A stretch of DNA of 64,000 nt from a virus. Made by a program: the position numbers and the translations under genes. The stretch's first letter is position 1, and each line of letters starts with the position of its first letter. Positions 1 through 9,494 of this stretch are shown in pieces. Location of the stretch: the IMG/VR virus record IMGVR_UViG_3300032397_000001. One strand, written 5' to 3'. The notes beneath the pieces were generated by a model. The model was not told the DNA's origin and searched no databases. It was given only the letters and a program-made list of their open reading frames with translations.

Positions 1-87
1 AAAGATTGTTGGCATCCAGAAGACGTTCCTCTGTGGAGAAAGGTATGGTTGTTAATCCGTTACGCAATCAAATACCATAGGAGGTAA
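1..87 (+). CDS. Partial small hypothetical protein (KDCWHPEDVPLWRKVWLLIRYAIKYHRR*), paralog of 53657..53758
   Basis: Open frame from base 1 to TAA at 85-87; nt 1-71 identical to 53663-53733. Confidence 0.5.
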   Translation, partial: KDCWHPEDVPLWRKVWLLIRYAIKYHRR

Positions 88-92
88 CAAGC

Positions 93-524
93 TTGCTCCA
101 GTTTAGTGTAGAGTCCATCGAAGACATTTCAAAGTGTTTAGATTGGATTCTTAGTGTTTCGTCTGTCGTTGAGTCTCAATCAATTTCTGATTATTCGGAT
201 AGAGCATTAGGCTGGATGGGCTCGTTAGGTAGATTGCAAGCAATTTCTGATGCTAAACTGCTGGAAGTTGAAGTGAATATGAATACGCAATCTGCGAGAC
301 TCATAGTGAAGAAGGCTGATGTTTTACCGGAACTGAAGTATCGACTTATTGATATGTTGTGTGCTACCGATGAAGAATATCTCAAACTTGTCAATTTGAA
401 GAAGAAGTTGAAGGAGCTCAACACGATTGCTTCGTCATTATGGAGAGTTTTAGAGTTGTCAGTTCGTACAACGCATAGGTTACTGGACATTCGTAAGCGG
501 GATGATATGGCACCGCCTACGTAG
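93..524 (+). CDS. Putative UvsY-like recombination mediator
   Basis: All-helical 143 aa; C-terminal pattern ATDEEYLKL...LLDIRK recalls T4 UvsY; directly upstream of SSB and RecA; AGGAGG RBS. Confidence 0.5.
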   Translation: MLQFSVESIEDISKCLDWILSVSSVVESQSISDYSDRALGWMGSLGRLQAISDAKLLEVEVNMNTQSARLIVKKADVLPELKYRLIDMLCATDEEYLKLVNLKKKLKELNTIASSLWRVLELSVRTTHRLLDIRKRDDMAPPT

Positions 525-542
525 TTCGAAAGGAGAATTGTC

Positions 543-1484
543 ATGGCAGAAAGTATGCAGGATTTCTCGTTTCAGGCTGCTCTGGATTACTTCAAAGATA
601 AAGGTGCCCCTGAAGCGGGTATAATGCAACGTCAGCCTCTTCAGTATCTCAAGGCGAAGGAAGCTCATAAGCTTCGTATTCTTCCAGGAGTTTTGGTTCC
701 TGTTGAGTGGTTTGTCGCTTGCAGGCGCCACTACTTAGGGAACCCTCCAGTTCAGGTTATTCGTAGAGCTGGTCTTCGATTCAACGCGTTCATCTGTCCT
801 CAGAGTGTTGGAAAAGGGCCTTGCTGGGGGTGTCACGCACGGAGTTACCTGGAGGCTCTATCTTCTCAGCTGTCTCAGGAATTCTTTGCCCGTGAAGCGG
901 CAATTGTGAATGCATATAGGCCCAATCTTGCTGAGCCCACTACTCAGTCTTATCTTTTGACTAAGACTGTTCTGGATCAGCTTATAACCAAGTGGCGTGA
1001 GGGGTATGTCTTTTTTCATCCCACGGAAGGATGTACCGTTGAATTAGCTCCTGTGGCAAATATGAACGTTTTTGCAGTTCAGTTAGACTTGATGAAGAAG
1101 GTGCCTGTTCCACCTCCAATCATGAGTCAGGCAAAACCTTTAAGTGAAGTTATTGACATTCTGATGATTGATTCGAAGATTATCAAGAATTGGTTTATTG
1201 AAGCCTTCGTGCAGAATGTTGATCATTTCATTCAGACAGGTGAAGCGAGACCTATCGATCTGACAAAGTTGTTAACTCCACTTTCTACAGCCCCTCCTCC
1301 TTCTACGGGAGAGGTTTCTGCAGCTCCGTCAGTCGCTGTGGGGGAACCAACAGATATGGGTATGCATACGCCCCTTCCAACCCCTGTTGATCAACCTCTT
1401 CCCACTCCTCCCCCTGCAGCAGCCGCTGGGCAACCTAGCTTTCTTTCTGATCTGAAAGATAGGGTTGCGAAGCTAGGTTCTTAA
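543..1484 (+). CDS. gp32-like single-stranded DNA-binding protein
   Basis: KLRILP, H...CP...CWGC Zn motif, F/Y-F-H-P-x-EG motif, Pro-rich flexible C-tail; next to RecA. Confidence 0.7.
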   Translation: MAESMQDFSFQAALDYFKDKGAPEAGIMQRQPLQYLKAKEAHKLRILPGVLVPVEWFVACRRHYLGNPPVQVIRRAGLRFNAFICPQSVGKGPCWGCHARSYLEALSSQLSQEFFAREAAIVNAYRPNLAEPTTQSYLLTKTVLDQLITKWREGYVFFHPTEGCTVELAPVANMNVFAVQLDLMKKVPVPPPIMSQAKPLSEVIDILMIDSKIIKNWFIEAFVQNVDHFIQTGEARPIDLTKLLTPLSTAPPPSTGEVSAAPSVAVGEPTDMGMHTPLPTPVDQPLPTPPPAAAAGQPSFLSDLKDRVAKLGS

Positions 1485-1489
1485 CTCCA

Positions 1490-1538
1490 AGAGAACCCGA
1501 GGATCCTTCATCGGTCTTTGGGTTCTCTCTCTTTTTTT
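1490..1538 (+). terminator. Intrinsic terminator after SSB
   Basis: agagaacccgagg...ctttgggttctct stem followed by T7. Confidence 0.7.
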
Positions 1539-2601
1539 GAGGTTCGTCATGGAATTGGATTCAATAGGTATAATTCGTAAGGCGTTATCAGTAAGTGATG
1601 CACAATTCAGGATCCCTACTATACCTACAGGCCTTTTAACTCTCGACTTAATGGTTGGGGGTGGCTTTCCGTTAGGACGCACTACTAGTATAGCGGGCTT
1701 GGGGGGGTGTGGAAAGACAACATTAGTATGGACTTTTTTAGATAACGTCGCAAAATTAGGTGGAGTACCTGTTCTGATTGATACAGAATATTATTATACA
1801 GAGCAGAGGGTACAAGAATTAGGTTTAACTCATCTCGCCGAGAGAATAATTTTAAAGCATGAATTAACCACTGGTACTCTATTCACACAATTTAAGGAAA
1901 TCCTTGAGACGATTGCAAGTGTTAAGGGATATCGTTTTGGATTTATCGTAATTGATTCGTGGTCTGATACTCCTTCAGTAGAAGAAATGACATCAGGTAA
2001 GCCTGGTGTAGGTATTCATGCAAAGAGTGCAAGACATTTCTTTCGAAGTGCGTTACATTGGATGGTTAGGTTCAATATAGGTGTAATCTTTGTTTGTCAA
2101 TCTACAAAAAGAATTTCAACGATGCCGGGTTTTAAGGGAGGTTCTACATATCTTTCTCATGATGCGATATTTGCCAACTCTTTTTTAGAGATTCAAATGG
2201 CGCGCATCAAGAATATGAAAAAAGGTGGGGCTACTGTTGGCTTTCAGACAAAAGTTGATATTAAGAAAAATAAGTTGGCTCCTCCTTTTCAAGAATTAAC
2301 GTTAGACTATTATTTTCATTTAGGATATGACAGGGCTCGTAGTGTTCTGAATGCGTTAGTCAATTTAGGGTTGTCTTCTCATAGTAAAGGTTGGTATGCA
2401 ATTCCAGGGACTGAGGAAAAGATTCAAGCAGCGCAGCTGAGAAATAATCTCAAATTGTTTGATGCCCTTGAAACCTTAGCATATGAAGAAGGAATGAAAG
2501 CTTCTACAGTCGAGATTAAGGATGTGATTGATGGTGAGGATTTGAGTGCTCCTGATGCAGATATTGAAGTAGAGGACTACACACCTGAAGAAGGTGTATA
2601 A
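1537..2601 (+). CDS. recA: RecA/UvsX family recombinase (ATG at 1549 is a likely start)
   Basis: IPTGLLTLDLMVGGGFPLGR, Walker A GLGGCGKTT, IDTE, Walker B IVIDS, KKNKLAPPF. Confidence 0.93.
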   Translation: MRFVMELDSIGIIRKALSVSDAQFRIPTIPTGLLTLDLMVGGGFPLGRTTSIAGLGGCGKTTLVWTFLDNVAKLGGVPVLIDTEYYYTEQRVQELGLTHLAERIILKHELTTGTLFTQFKEILETIASVKGYRFGFIVIDSWSDTPSVEEMTSGKPGVGIHAKSARHFFRSALHWMVRFNIGVIFVCQSTKRISTMPGFKGGSTYLSHDAIFANSFLEIQMARIKNMKKGGATVGFQTKVDIKKNKLAPPFQELTLDYYFHLGYDRARSVLNALVNLGLSSHSKGWYAIPGTEEKIQAAQLRNNLKLFDALETLAYEEGMKASTVEIKDVIDGEDLSAPDADIEVEDYTPEEGV

Positions 2602-3311
2602 TGGCTCTAGATGTTCAGTTACATAAAGAAGCGTATCTATGTCATAGACAAGGTATGCGATTAGCTGAAATGGCTGACAAGATAAAAGTTTCAATAGCTA
2701 CATTACATAGATGGTCTTCTGATGACCCGTCATGTGATTGTTCTTGGCATAAATGGAGTGCTCTCAAATTACTTGATTCAGATGAGAATCATAGTCGAGC
2801 TTTAGGATTACGAGGATCAGGGCATAATGTTGAACAAATCAGTATTGGATTAGGTGTGCCTCTTGATATAGTTCAGTCTTGGGGGGATAAAAATTATCCT
2901 TGTATGTGTGGAAGTCATGGATGGCTTACTGGACTTACTGAAATAGTAGTTGCAGAAAAGCTTTCTCTTCCATCATTAGTAGTCATTTCTGACAGTGGAA
3001 CTATTAACAGTTCTCATACAACAGCTCTAATAACTGTTTTGGACTCTCTTTCACAGGCAGTTCAAAAAGGAGAAGTTGCGCTACGATCATGGCGTGATGT
3101 TTTAGATACACTGAAAATCTGCTCTGAAGTCATTGAAAAGTTAGGGTCTTTACCAAACGATAAAAAGCCATCTGTTGCAAGAATAAAGGAGTCGAGGACT
3201 GTAGAGTTCCCAATGAAGGAAGGTACCTCTGCAGATCTCACACGCAAAGCTAGTAGTCTGTCAGAGGAGTTAATGGCAACTGCAAGGGACTTTCGAGAGT
3301 CTAAACGGTGA
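2601..3311 (+). CDS. Putative terminase small subunit with two HTH-CxCxxHxW repeats
   Basis: HTH motifs (MADKIKVSIATLHRW; ISIGLGVPLDIVQSW); immediately upstream of TerL. Confidence 0.6.
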   Translation: MALDVQLHKEAYLCHRQGMRLAEMADKIKVSIATLHRWSSDDPSCDCSWHKWSALKLLDSDENHSRALGLRGSGHNVEQISIGLGVPLDIVQSWGDKNYPCMCGSHGWLTGLTEIVVAEKLSLPSLVVISDSGTINSSHTTALITVLDSLSQAVQKGEVALRSWRDVLDTLKICSEVIEKLGSLPNDKKPSVARIKESRTVEFPMKEGTSADLTRKASSLSEELMATARDFRESKR

Positions 3312-3514
3312 CGCTTCCTCTAAGTAAGACCACTGAAATCTTGCCTTTGTACCACTCTGGTACTTCGATTATTCTTCTCACTAGACATTCCGAAGTATGA
3401 AAGGGGCACAACATTCGTTTCTCATTCCCAAGTCTTGAGTCTATATCACCTTATCTGTTCGGTAGAACGGAATACGATCTTCGAGATCCTGAGATTCGTG
3501 ATGAAGTTCGAAGG

Positions 3515-5668
3515 TTGACTCTCAATGATGAGGATTTTTATTTTCGTGTTGTCCTCAACTGTGATTTCTATCAGGAATTTCACCGTGATTGGTTTCGCTT
3601 TGGAGCTCAAAATTCAAGAACCCTCCTTTTAGGTCCTCGTGATTCTTTAAAGTGTGCTCACCCGTTAACTCTTATCCCTTCTGATGATTCTGTCTCCTAT
3701 CTTTTTTCTTTGAAACGTAATCAAGAGATTTCTTCAGTCTTTAAGAGCTTATCTTCACGTGTTCAGGTTAGAGGTGAACGAGATGTCAAAAGAGTTTTTC
3801 GTGTAAAGGTTGGGCCTCCTTTTGACTTTTGGGTCTATCTTTCCCCTGAACATAAAGTTTTTTGTTATGATGTGGTTCAGGATTCCTTTGACGTTGTTGA
3901 GACGCAAAAGTTAAGTAAAACATCTCATCTTGTATTCCTCGCTCGACCCCCTATATTCAATCCTTTATTATCTGTTAAATCAAAAGAAAAGTTGAAGCTT
4001 ATTCTTGCGAACACATTTTCGTCGAAGAAGATTCTAGATGAGAACGTTCTAAAGATGAATACCAAATCTTTTTCTAGGCTTCTTGCTGTTATCGACGATC
4101 ATTATAAGCATGATGAATTAAAAGAAGCTCATTCATTTCTTTATAATAAATTACAAGTAATGAAATTTTATCATGGTCTTATTAAACCAGATTCAACTTC
4201 CGCGTTAACCCTTATGAAGGGGTCTTGTCTAAGAAATCGATCAAAGCTTGATCGGGATAAGATTGCCTTCTTGGTGGATGAACAGACAGATTTTGCACCT
4301 TCACCTGTTCAAGTTAATTCGGATTTTTGCTGCTTTGCATGTATTGAGGAGATAAAGGAAGTTCTTCTAGATGGGCCTGTTACATTTTTTGATTGTAATG
4401 TCACCAATTCACATTATATTGCAAATGGATTTGTAACTCATAATTCGACCTTTCATACTGTAGGCCGAGTCCTTCATGATGCTTTAGAGAACCCTGAGAA
4501 ACGTTATGCTATTATTTCAGCAACGAGTAAGTTAGCTGCGGGTCAAGTTTCAAGAATTCAGCGTATATGTCAAAGTAGTCCTGTTGTTAGGTATTGTTTT
4601 AGTGATGTAATTAATCCTAGAGAGATTCGTCGTTGGTCGGGTGAATCATTAGAATTTATTCGTAAGTCGATATATCCCGAACCTACTATTTGGGCTTTAG
4701 GTGTTGGAACGGATTTTACGGGTTTTCACTTTGAGGAGGCTTACTTCGACGATTTAGTTACAATACGACATAGGAAATCTGCCACTTTACGGACACAGAC
4801 ATGGGATTGGTTTCGTTTAACGGCTATCCCTGCATTAGACAAGTTGAGAGGTCGTGGTCACGTTATTGGTACTCGATATCATTGGGATGATATGTATGGA
4901 AAATTGTATGAGATCGCTCAATCATCTGGTGGGTGGAAAATTTCAAGAACTCCTGCCCTAGATGAGGAATTACTTTCACAGGATATTGCAAGGTCTTTTT
5001 GGCCTGAGAGATTTCCGGAAGAGGATTTACTTCAAATAAGATCAGATTATGGTGAAGATGTTTTTCAGTTGCAGTATCAATGCGCAGCAGGCATTGTATT
5101 AGCCGAACAAAATAAACAGTATATAGCTAAACTCCGAGACTCAATAGTACCCATGTCAATAAAAGATAAGGTGGTTGATATTGTGTTAGGTGTCGACTTA
5201 GCCTCTAGAGGAAGCGGTACATTACCTGATGCGAAAAAAGCTTCCTTCAGTATAAGTGCTACTGGAAAGCATATGGAGACAGGTAAGTTTATTACTCTTG
5301 AGGTCATTAAGATCAAACACCCCACTCTCAATGACAAGAAAGAGTGGGTTAAAACTATGCATAATAGATATAATCCGTTGCTTGTTGCGGTTGAAGCTCA
5401 TTCACAGCAGTCGGATTTTTTAGAATATTTAGCCGAGGATGATTTTCCATATTCAGTTAAACCCGTTAAGAGTTTTGAGTCTAAAGAAGCCCGATTTGAT
5501 TATGTATTAAACCTCATTGGTTCTGGATCTTTGTTTTTTGTGGAGGGAATGTGTCAACCTCTATTAGAAGAAATGTATATATTTCCAGAGACTACAGGAG
5601 ACGCTATTGATTCTGAGTTTTACTCGTTAAGAGCTTCTTATCGTGAGCCTAATATAAGATTCATGTAA
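3515..5668 (+). CDS. terL: Terminase large subunit, intein-containing; true start probably upstream of 3515
   Basis: Walker A GPRDSLK|S split by intein, Walker B AYFDDL, IGTRYHWDD, FWPERF, FQLQYQ, nuclease GVDLA and DAID. Confidence 0.93.
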   Translation: MTLNDEDFYFRVVLNCDFYQEFHRDWFRFGAQNSRTLLLGPRDSLKCAHPLTLIPSDDSVSYLFSLKRNQEISSVFKSLSSRVQVRGERDVKRVFRVKVGPPFDFWVYLSPEHKVFCYDVVQDSFDVVETQKLSKTSHLVFLARPPIFNPLLSVKSKEKLKLILANTFSSKKILDENVLKMNTKSFSRLLAVIDDHYKHDELKEAHSFLYNKLQVMKFYHGLIKPDSTSALTLMKGSCLRNRSKLDRDKIAFLVDEQTDFAPSPVQVNSDFCCFACIEEIKEVLLDGPVTFFDCNVTNSHYIANGFVTHNSTFHTVGRVLHDALENPEKRYAIISATSKLAAGQVSRIQRICQSSPVVRYCFSDVINPREIRRWSGESLEFIRKSIYPEPTIWALGVGTDFTGFHFEEAYFDDLVTIRHRKSATLRTQTWDWFRLTAIPALDKLRGRGHVIGTRYHWDDMYGKLYEIAQSSGGWKISRTPALDEELLSQDIARSFWPERFPEEDLLQIRSDYGEDVFQLQYQCAAGIVLAEQNKQYIAKLRDSIVPMSIKDKVVDIVLGVDLASRGSGTLPDAKKASFSISATGKHMETGKFITLEVIKIKHPTLNDKKEWVKTMHNRYNPLLVAVEAHSQQSDFLEYLAEDDFPYSVKPVKSFESKEARFDYVLNLIGSGSLFFVEGMCQPLLEEMYIFPETTGDAIDSEFYSLRASYREPNIRFM
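3653..4444 (+). mobile_element. Intein (264 aa) in TerL Walker A; no recognisable intact homing endonuclease
   Basis: N-terminal C (CAHPLTLI), block B SPEH, block F/G FFDCNV...HYIANGFVTHN followed by Ser+1. Confidence 0.9.
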
Positions 5669-5678
5669 GGAGTCATTT

Positions 5679-5987
5679 ATGAAGTCTGTCACAATGTGTA
5701 TCTTTACTGATGAGAAACATCTTGGTGATGTGAAAAACTTAGTTTTGCCTGTAGATTCTACTCTTTACGTATTAGGTTTAAACAAGAAGGAACATAAGAC
5801 TTGTATACAGGTTGCGAAGAAGCATAGAGCGTTCAATTTATTAGAGGAGCATGGTATTGTGATGGTTATCATCGAAGCTGGTAACCGTCTTATAAAAGTC
5901 GCAGGGGCGGAAGCGATTGATCAATTTCTCTCCATGTATTTCGCTCAAACCCCTCAGAAGCCTGAAATAAATTTGGAGCGCTTGTAA
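5679..5987 (+). CDS. Hypothetical protein
   Basis: AAGGAG RBS; translationally coupled between TerL and portal. Confidence 0.7.
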   Translation: MKSVTMCIFTDEKHLGDVKNLVLPVDSTLYVLGLNKKEHKTCIQVAKKHRAFNLLEEHGIVMVIIEAGNRLIKVAGAEAIDQFLSMYFAQTPQKPEINLERL

Positions 5988-7315
5988 TGTCGAATACTGT
6001 TACGAAGGTTTGGCAGAGTACTCTTGGTAAGCTAGTTGAAGTAAAATTCTTTCCACGACGTACTCCTGAACAGATTCCACAAAGTAAAATCATCAAGGAA
6101 ACTTTGTCTGATTATCCTTCACCGGCTCAATTCCCCAATCTTTTTACTTTGTATAAGAGAAATTCCTGGATCTTTTCTTCTGTTAACATGATTGTGCAGT
6201 CTTGTGTTGCTGTGCCTTTACGTGTTCGTGATCGATCAACTAAACGTATTATTTCTCCTACTGAGACTACTGAAGTAGGAATAGTTTTAAAGTATCCTAA
6301 TCCATTTATGACTCAGATGGAATTGATGGAGCGTCTTTTTTTACATTTAGAGATTGTAGGGAATGCATTTTGGGAAATGGTAGTCCAGGGAAATAAACTT
6401 CTCGCGATTTATCCTCTTGATCCTACCTCGATGACGATTATACCTGATGCACGCAATCTTGTCAAGGAATATGTTTATTCGGTAAATGGGAAAGATACTC
6501 ACTTTGCGCCCAATGAGATTATACACTTTAAGTATGTTGATCCTCAGAGTGAATTTTGGGGCTGGGCTCCAGTAATGGTGATGATGCGTCAAGCCAGATT
6601 AGAAGACAAACTGAAAACATATGGTGAAAAATTCTTTGATAATGATGCTACCCCTAGTGTTGTTTTGAAGACAGACCGTATTCTTTCTGATCCTACTTAT
6701 GAACGTTTACGTAAACGGTGGCTGGAGCGGCATCAAGGCGCTGCGAATAAATTTTCTGTTGCAATTCTCGAAGATGGGATGTCTTTTGAAAAAGCTGGCA
6801 CAATAATGTCCGAGTTAGATTATTCTGCCATCGAGGATAAGGTTCGCGATGAAATTACAGTGTCGTCAGGAGTTCCTCCTACGTTGTTAGGGATTCCGGG
6901 AGTTGCAAATTATGCCTCCGCTCGAGTAGCTCAGTCGATGTTCTTTGATTCGATCATTGCACCTCGTTTACGTAAAATTGCAATGACTGTTGACAAAGAT
7001 ATAATGAATCGATTTGATCGTGATCGTGAAGCCGTCTTTGACACTTCGGTTGCACCCATAAATATTGTGAAGCTTAGTGCGAATTCTCGAGTGGTGGCTA
7101 GATTATATACGCTAGATCTTATGACTTTGGATGAAGCTCGAAATTTGTTAGGTTTAACTCCAGATGATAAAATAGGTGACAAATATAAGAGTGAAGTAGA
7201 TGCGGAGAGAAGAAAAAGGGCTGCTGCTAGTGAGGGAGGAGATTCTAGTACAGGAGCAGACGCAGGCAGCGCTGCTGAAGGGACTCAGCAGGACCCTGGT
7301 GATATAGGAGATTAA
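5987..7315 (+). CDS. Portal protein, HK97 family
   Basis: YPNPFMT, GNAFW, EIIHFK, FFDNDATP, AILEDGM, GVPPTLLG, MTLDEARNLLGL. Confidence 0.95.
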   Translation: MSNTVTKVWQSTLGKLVEVKFFPRRTPEQIPQSKIIKETLSDYPSPAQFPNLFTLYKRNSWIFSSVNMIVQSCVAVPLRVRDRSTKRIISPTETTEVGIVLKYPNPFMTQMELMERLFLHLEIVGNAFWEMVVQGNKLLAIYPLDPTSMTIIPDARNLVKEYVYSVNGKDTHFAPNEIIHFKYVDPQSEFWGWAPVMVMMRQARLEDKLKTYGEKFFDNDATPSVVLKTDRILSDPTYERLRKRWLERHQGAANKFSVAILEDGMSFEKAGTIMSELDYSAIEDKVRDEITVSSGVPPTLLGIPGVANYASARVAQSMFFDSIIAPRLRKIAMTVDKDIMNRFDRDREAVFDTSVAPINIVKLSANSRVVARLYTLDLMTLDEARNLLGLTPDDKIGDKYKSEVDAERRKRAAASEGGDSSTGADAGSAAEGTQQDPGDIGD

Positions 7316-7322
7316 TATAAAG

Positions 7323-8345
7323 ATGACTTTAGATGATCTTTTGAATGCAGCCTTAGGTAAGGTTAGTGATAAAGAACTTCTGGAAGGGCACCTCCGTTTA
7401 CATCAATGGTTTATGAATGCGCCAAAAGAGGATGTTAATGCTCGTCAGGATTTGTTAAGAGCCCATCAAAAAGTATACTTGGAATTCATTAGAAGGGGGC
7501 TGCATCATTCTCCTGGTGAGGGTATTGATAGAATTGATTTAGCATATCCTAAAATTGAAAGTTCAATGTATTCTGATTACTCTAATGCTGAAGCAATATT
7601 GGGCCAGAGTATTCCTAATACAAATGTGGGGTGGCATGCTTCATTGCATGACATTTGGATTGCGGTTAAAATGAGGATGGGTTTGACGAAACCTGAGGAA
7701 CAGTTGATTAATACTCATGACATTGTTACTAATAAAATGGGCCATCATCCTATTTGGGATGAATTGGATGCTGATTGGGTATCTCAGTTTAAAAGCTTTT
7801 CTATGATGGTAGATGAGGATCCTGAGTTTATTTCTCTAGAGAAGGTCCTTCAAGGTTTTCCTGATAAGATTACTCTTGTTTCAGGTGCGGTTACTTTTAA
7901 GAAAGGATCTATTTATATTGTAAAAGGAATTATGGGCTCTTTGCGTGTTGCGATTTTAGTCAAGTTGCTTCGGAGAACAACAGGTTCTGAGTTGCCCGAT
8001 CTGCCAGAAGATCCTGATAGTGTTTTTGATCTTGATTTGGTTAATCATAGAGTAGTTGATTCATTGATATTGTCTTATACTGATTCAGCTTTTCCTCCTT
8101 TATATTGGATTAGCCGACCATTTGTTTATCTGGTTGGAGGTGTTGTTGAAAGCAGGATTTCATTAGTAGATGCAGATATTTTGATTCGTAGTGGCCTTCC
8201 TGATTGGTTTTATCAACATGTAGTATCTACTCTGACTCTAGAACACCCAGAGGGGCATAATTTACATTTTTCGGCTGATATAGGTTTAGGGCCTTTATCA
8301 CATAATATTCCTCTGTATGATTTAGTGTTGGAGTTAGCCGTTTGA
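7323..8345 (+). CDS. Head-module protein with two His-rich repeats and a C-terminal Pol-beta-type nucleotidyltransferase-like domain
   Basis: Repeats HLRLHQW...AHQKV...HH and HASLHDIW...THDIV...HH; VYLVGG-x9-DADILI motif. Confidence 0.55.
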   Translation: MTLDDLLNAALGKVSDKELLEGHLRLHQWFMNAPKEDVNARQDLLRAHQKVYLEFIRRGLHHSPGEGIDRIDLAYPKIESSMYSDYSNAEAILGQSIPNTNVGWHASLHDIWIAVKMRMGLTKPEEQLINTHDIVTNKMGHHPIWDELDADWVSQFKSFSMMVDEDPEFISLEKVLQGFPDKITLVSGAVTFKKGSIYIVKGIMGSLRVAILVKLLRRTTGSELPDLPEDPDSVFDLDLVNHRVVDSLILSYTDSAFPPLYWISRPFVYLVGGVVESRISLVDADILIRSGLPDWFYQHVVSTLTLEHPEGHNLHFSADIGLGPLSHNIPLYDLVLELAV

Positions 8346-8896
8346 TACTTCAAATTGGGCCTGCTAAAGTAGAGATTTCGATTGATGATGGTGCCACCTT
8401 CTCTGAAGCTTTCGCGTCATCAGAAGCTAATATTACTCTCAATTTTCAGTATCGTGATCGTGTCAATGATGGTGTAGTAGTTGAATCTGCATATGAATCA
8501 GCTACTTTAACATTTGAATTGAACGCTACAGAATGGTCAATAGATGTTCTGAAGGCATTGTTCCCTTTTAGTTATTCTTATACTGATGCACCTACAGGAG
8601 TTCCCCGCACTACTAGAAGTCATCTTTTTGATTTGGGGGGTTTGACAGAAGAAGTTGAGACTAGTAATTATACACAATGTATTGTGTTTAAGAATGTACC
8701 TACCTGCTGGATAAAGTTTACACCTAATGTTACAGGCAAGGCAATAGGAGCTGAAATTCCAAAGGCAAGATTTGCTGAGGAGTTATCCATTCCGTTTGCA
8801 CCTTCACAGGAAGTAATACCTATTAAAGGAATAGGAATGAAATCACCTAATCAAAGTTTATTACTTATTTGGATGAATCAATGTATAATTCTATGA
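8342..8896 (+). CDS. Tail tube-like protein, paralog of major tail protein 20268..21416
   Basis: IGPAKV...ESATLTFELNATEWSIDVLKAL aligns by eye with IGPCVV...ETATLKFESIEWNLANLAKAL. Confidence 0.55.
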   Translation: MILQIGPAKVEISIDDGATFSEAFASSEANITLNFQYRDRVNDGVVVESAYESATLTFELNATEWSIDVLKALFPFSYSYTDAPTGVPRTTRSHLFDLGGLTEEVETSNYTQCIVFKNVPTCWIKFTPNVTGKAIGAEIPKARFAEELSIPFAPSQEVIPIKGIGMKSPNQSLLLIWMNQCIIL

Positions 8897-8909
8897 TAGG
8901 CAAAAAAAT

Positions 8910-8936
8910 TTGGCATCAGAGTCGCCAGGTTATAAT
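8910..8936 (+). promoter_or_regulatory. Candidate promoter for the methyl/glycosyltransferase insert
   Basis: TTGGCA-N15-TATAAT after an A-tract; also fits GG-N10-GC sigma54 spacing; spacing is suboptimal for sigma70. Confidence 0.35.
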
Positions 8937-9038
8937 ACGTAAGATTGTAAGATCGTGTTGTGGCAAGACAAGATTTCTTGTCGAAGACTCCAAGACAGGA
9001 AAACAAGAAATGATTATCGGCCGCCTTCCAGGTCAAAG

Positions 9039-9494
9039 ATGACTCCTCAAGTCTTAGAATTTGTACAAAAACTAAATTTACAAGGCCGAACACTTGATGT
9101 TGGAAGTATGGATGTCAATGGAAGTGTTCGTGATTTTTTTATAAACTATATTGGTCTTGACATGCGCCTTGGGAAAAATGTTGATATAGTTGCGAAGGCA
9201 AATCATCTTCCTTTCGTTAGTAATTTATTCGATAATGTGACATGCCTAGAAATGCTGGAGCACGATGATTGTTTCTGGGAAAGCATTCCTGAAATGATAA
9301 GAGTGTTAAAGATAGGTGGTTCTTTCGTTTTAACTGCTAGAGGAATTCATTTTGAGAAGCATGAATATCCTCATGATTATTGGCGCTTTACAAAAGAATC
9401 TTTTGAATTACTATGTAAAGGTTTAGCGAATATTGTTTGTATTGATGAAACCGGTGAAAGTGGTGTGTTCTTATGTGGAGTGAAGGGTGCCTAA
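9039..9494 (+). CDS. Class I SAM-dependent methyltransferase (ORF open from 8955)
   Basis: TLDVGS, IGLDM, CLEMLEH, RVLKIGG, HEYPHDYWRFT. Confidence 0.88.
   Translation: MTPQVLEFVQKLNLQGRTLDVGSMDVNGSVRDFFINYIGLDMRLGKNVDIVAKANHLPFVSNLFDNVTCLEMLEHDDCFWESIPEMIRVLKIGGSFVLTARGIHFEKHEYPHDYWRFTKESFELLCKGLANIVCIDETGESGVFLCGVKGA

Noticed and set aside
1-71. Circular-assembly terminal overlap with 53663-53733
   Set aside because: Sequences diverge after 71 bp and unique sequence continues at both loci
3398-3400. Genome-wide TGA recoding
   Set aside because: Many genes end at TGA with ATGA/GTGA coupling, and long ORFs are intact under code 11
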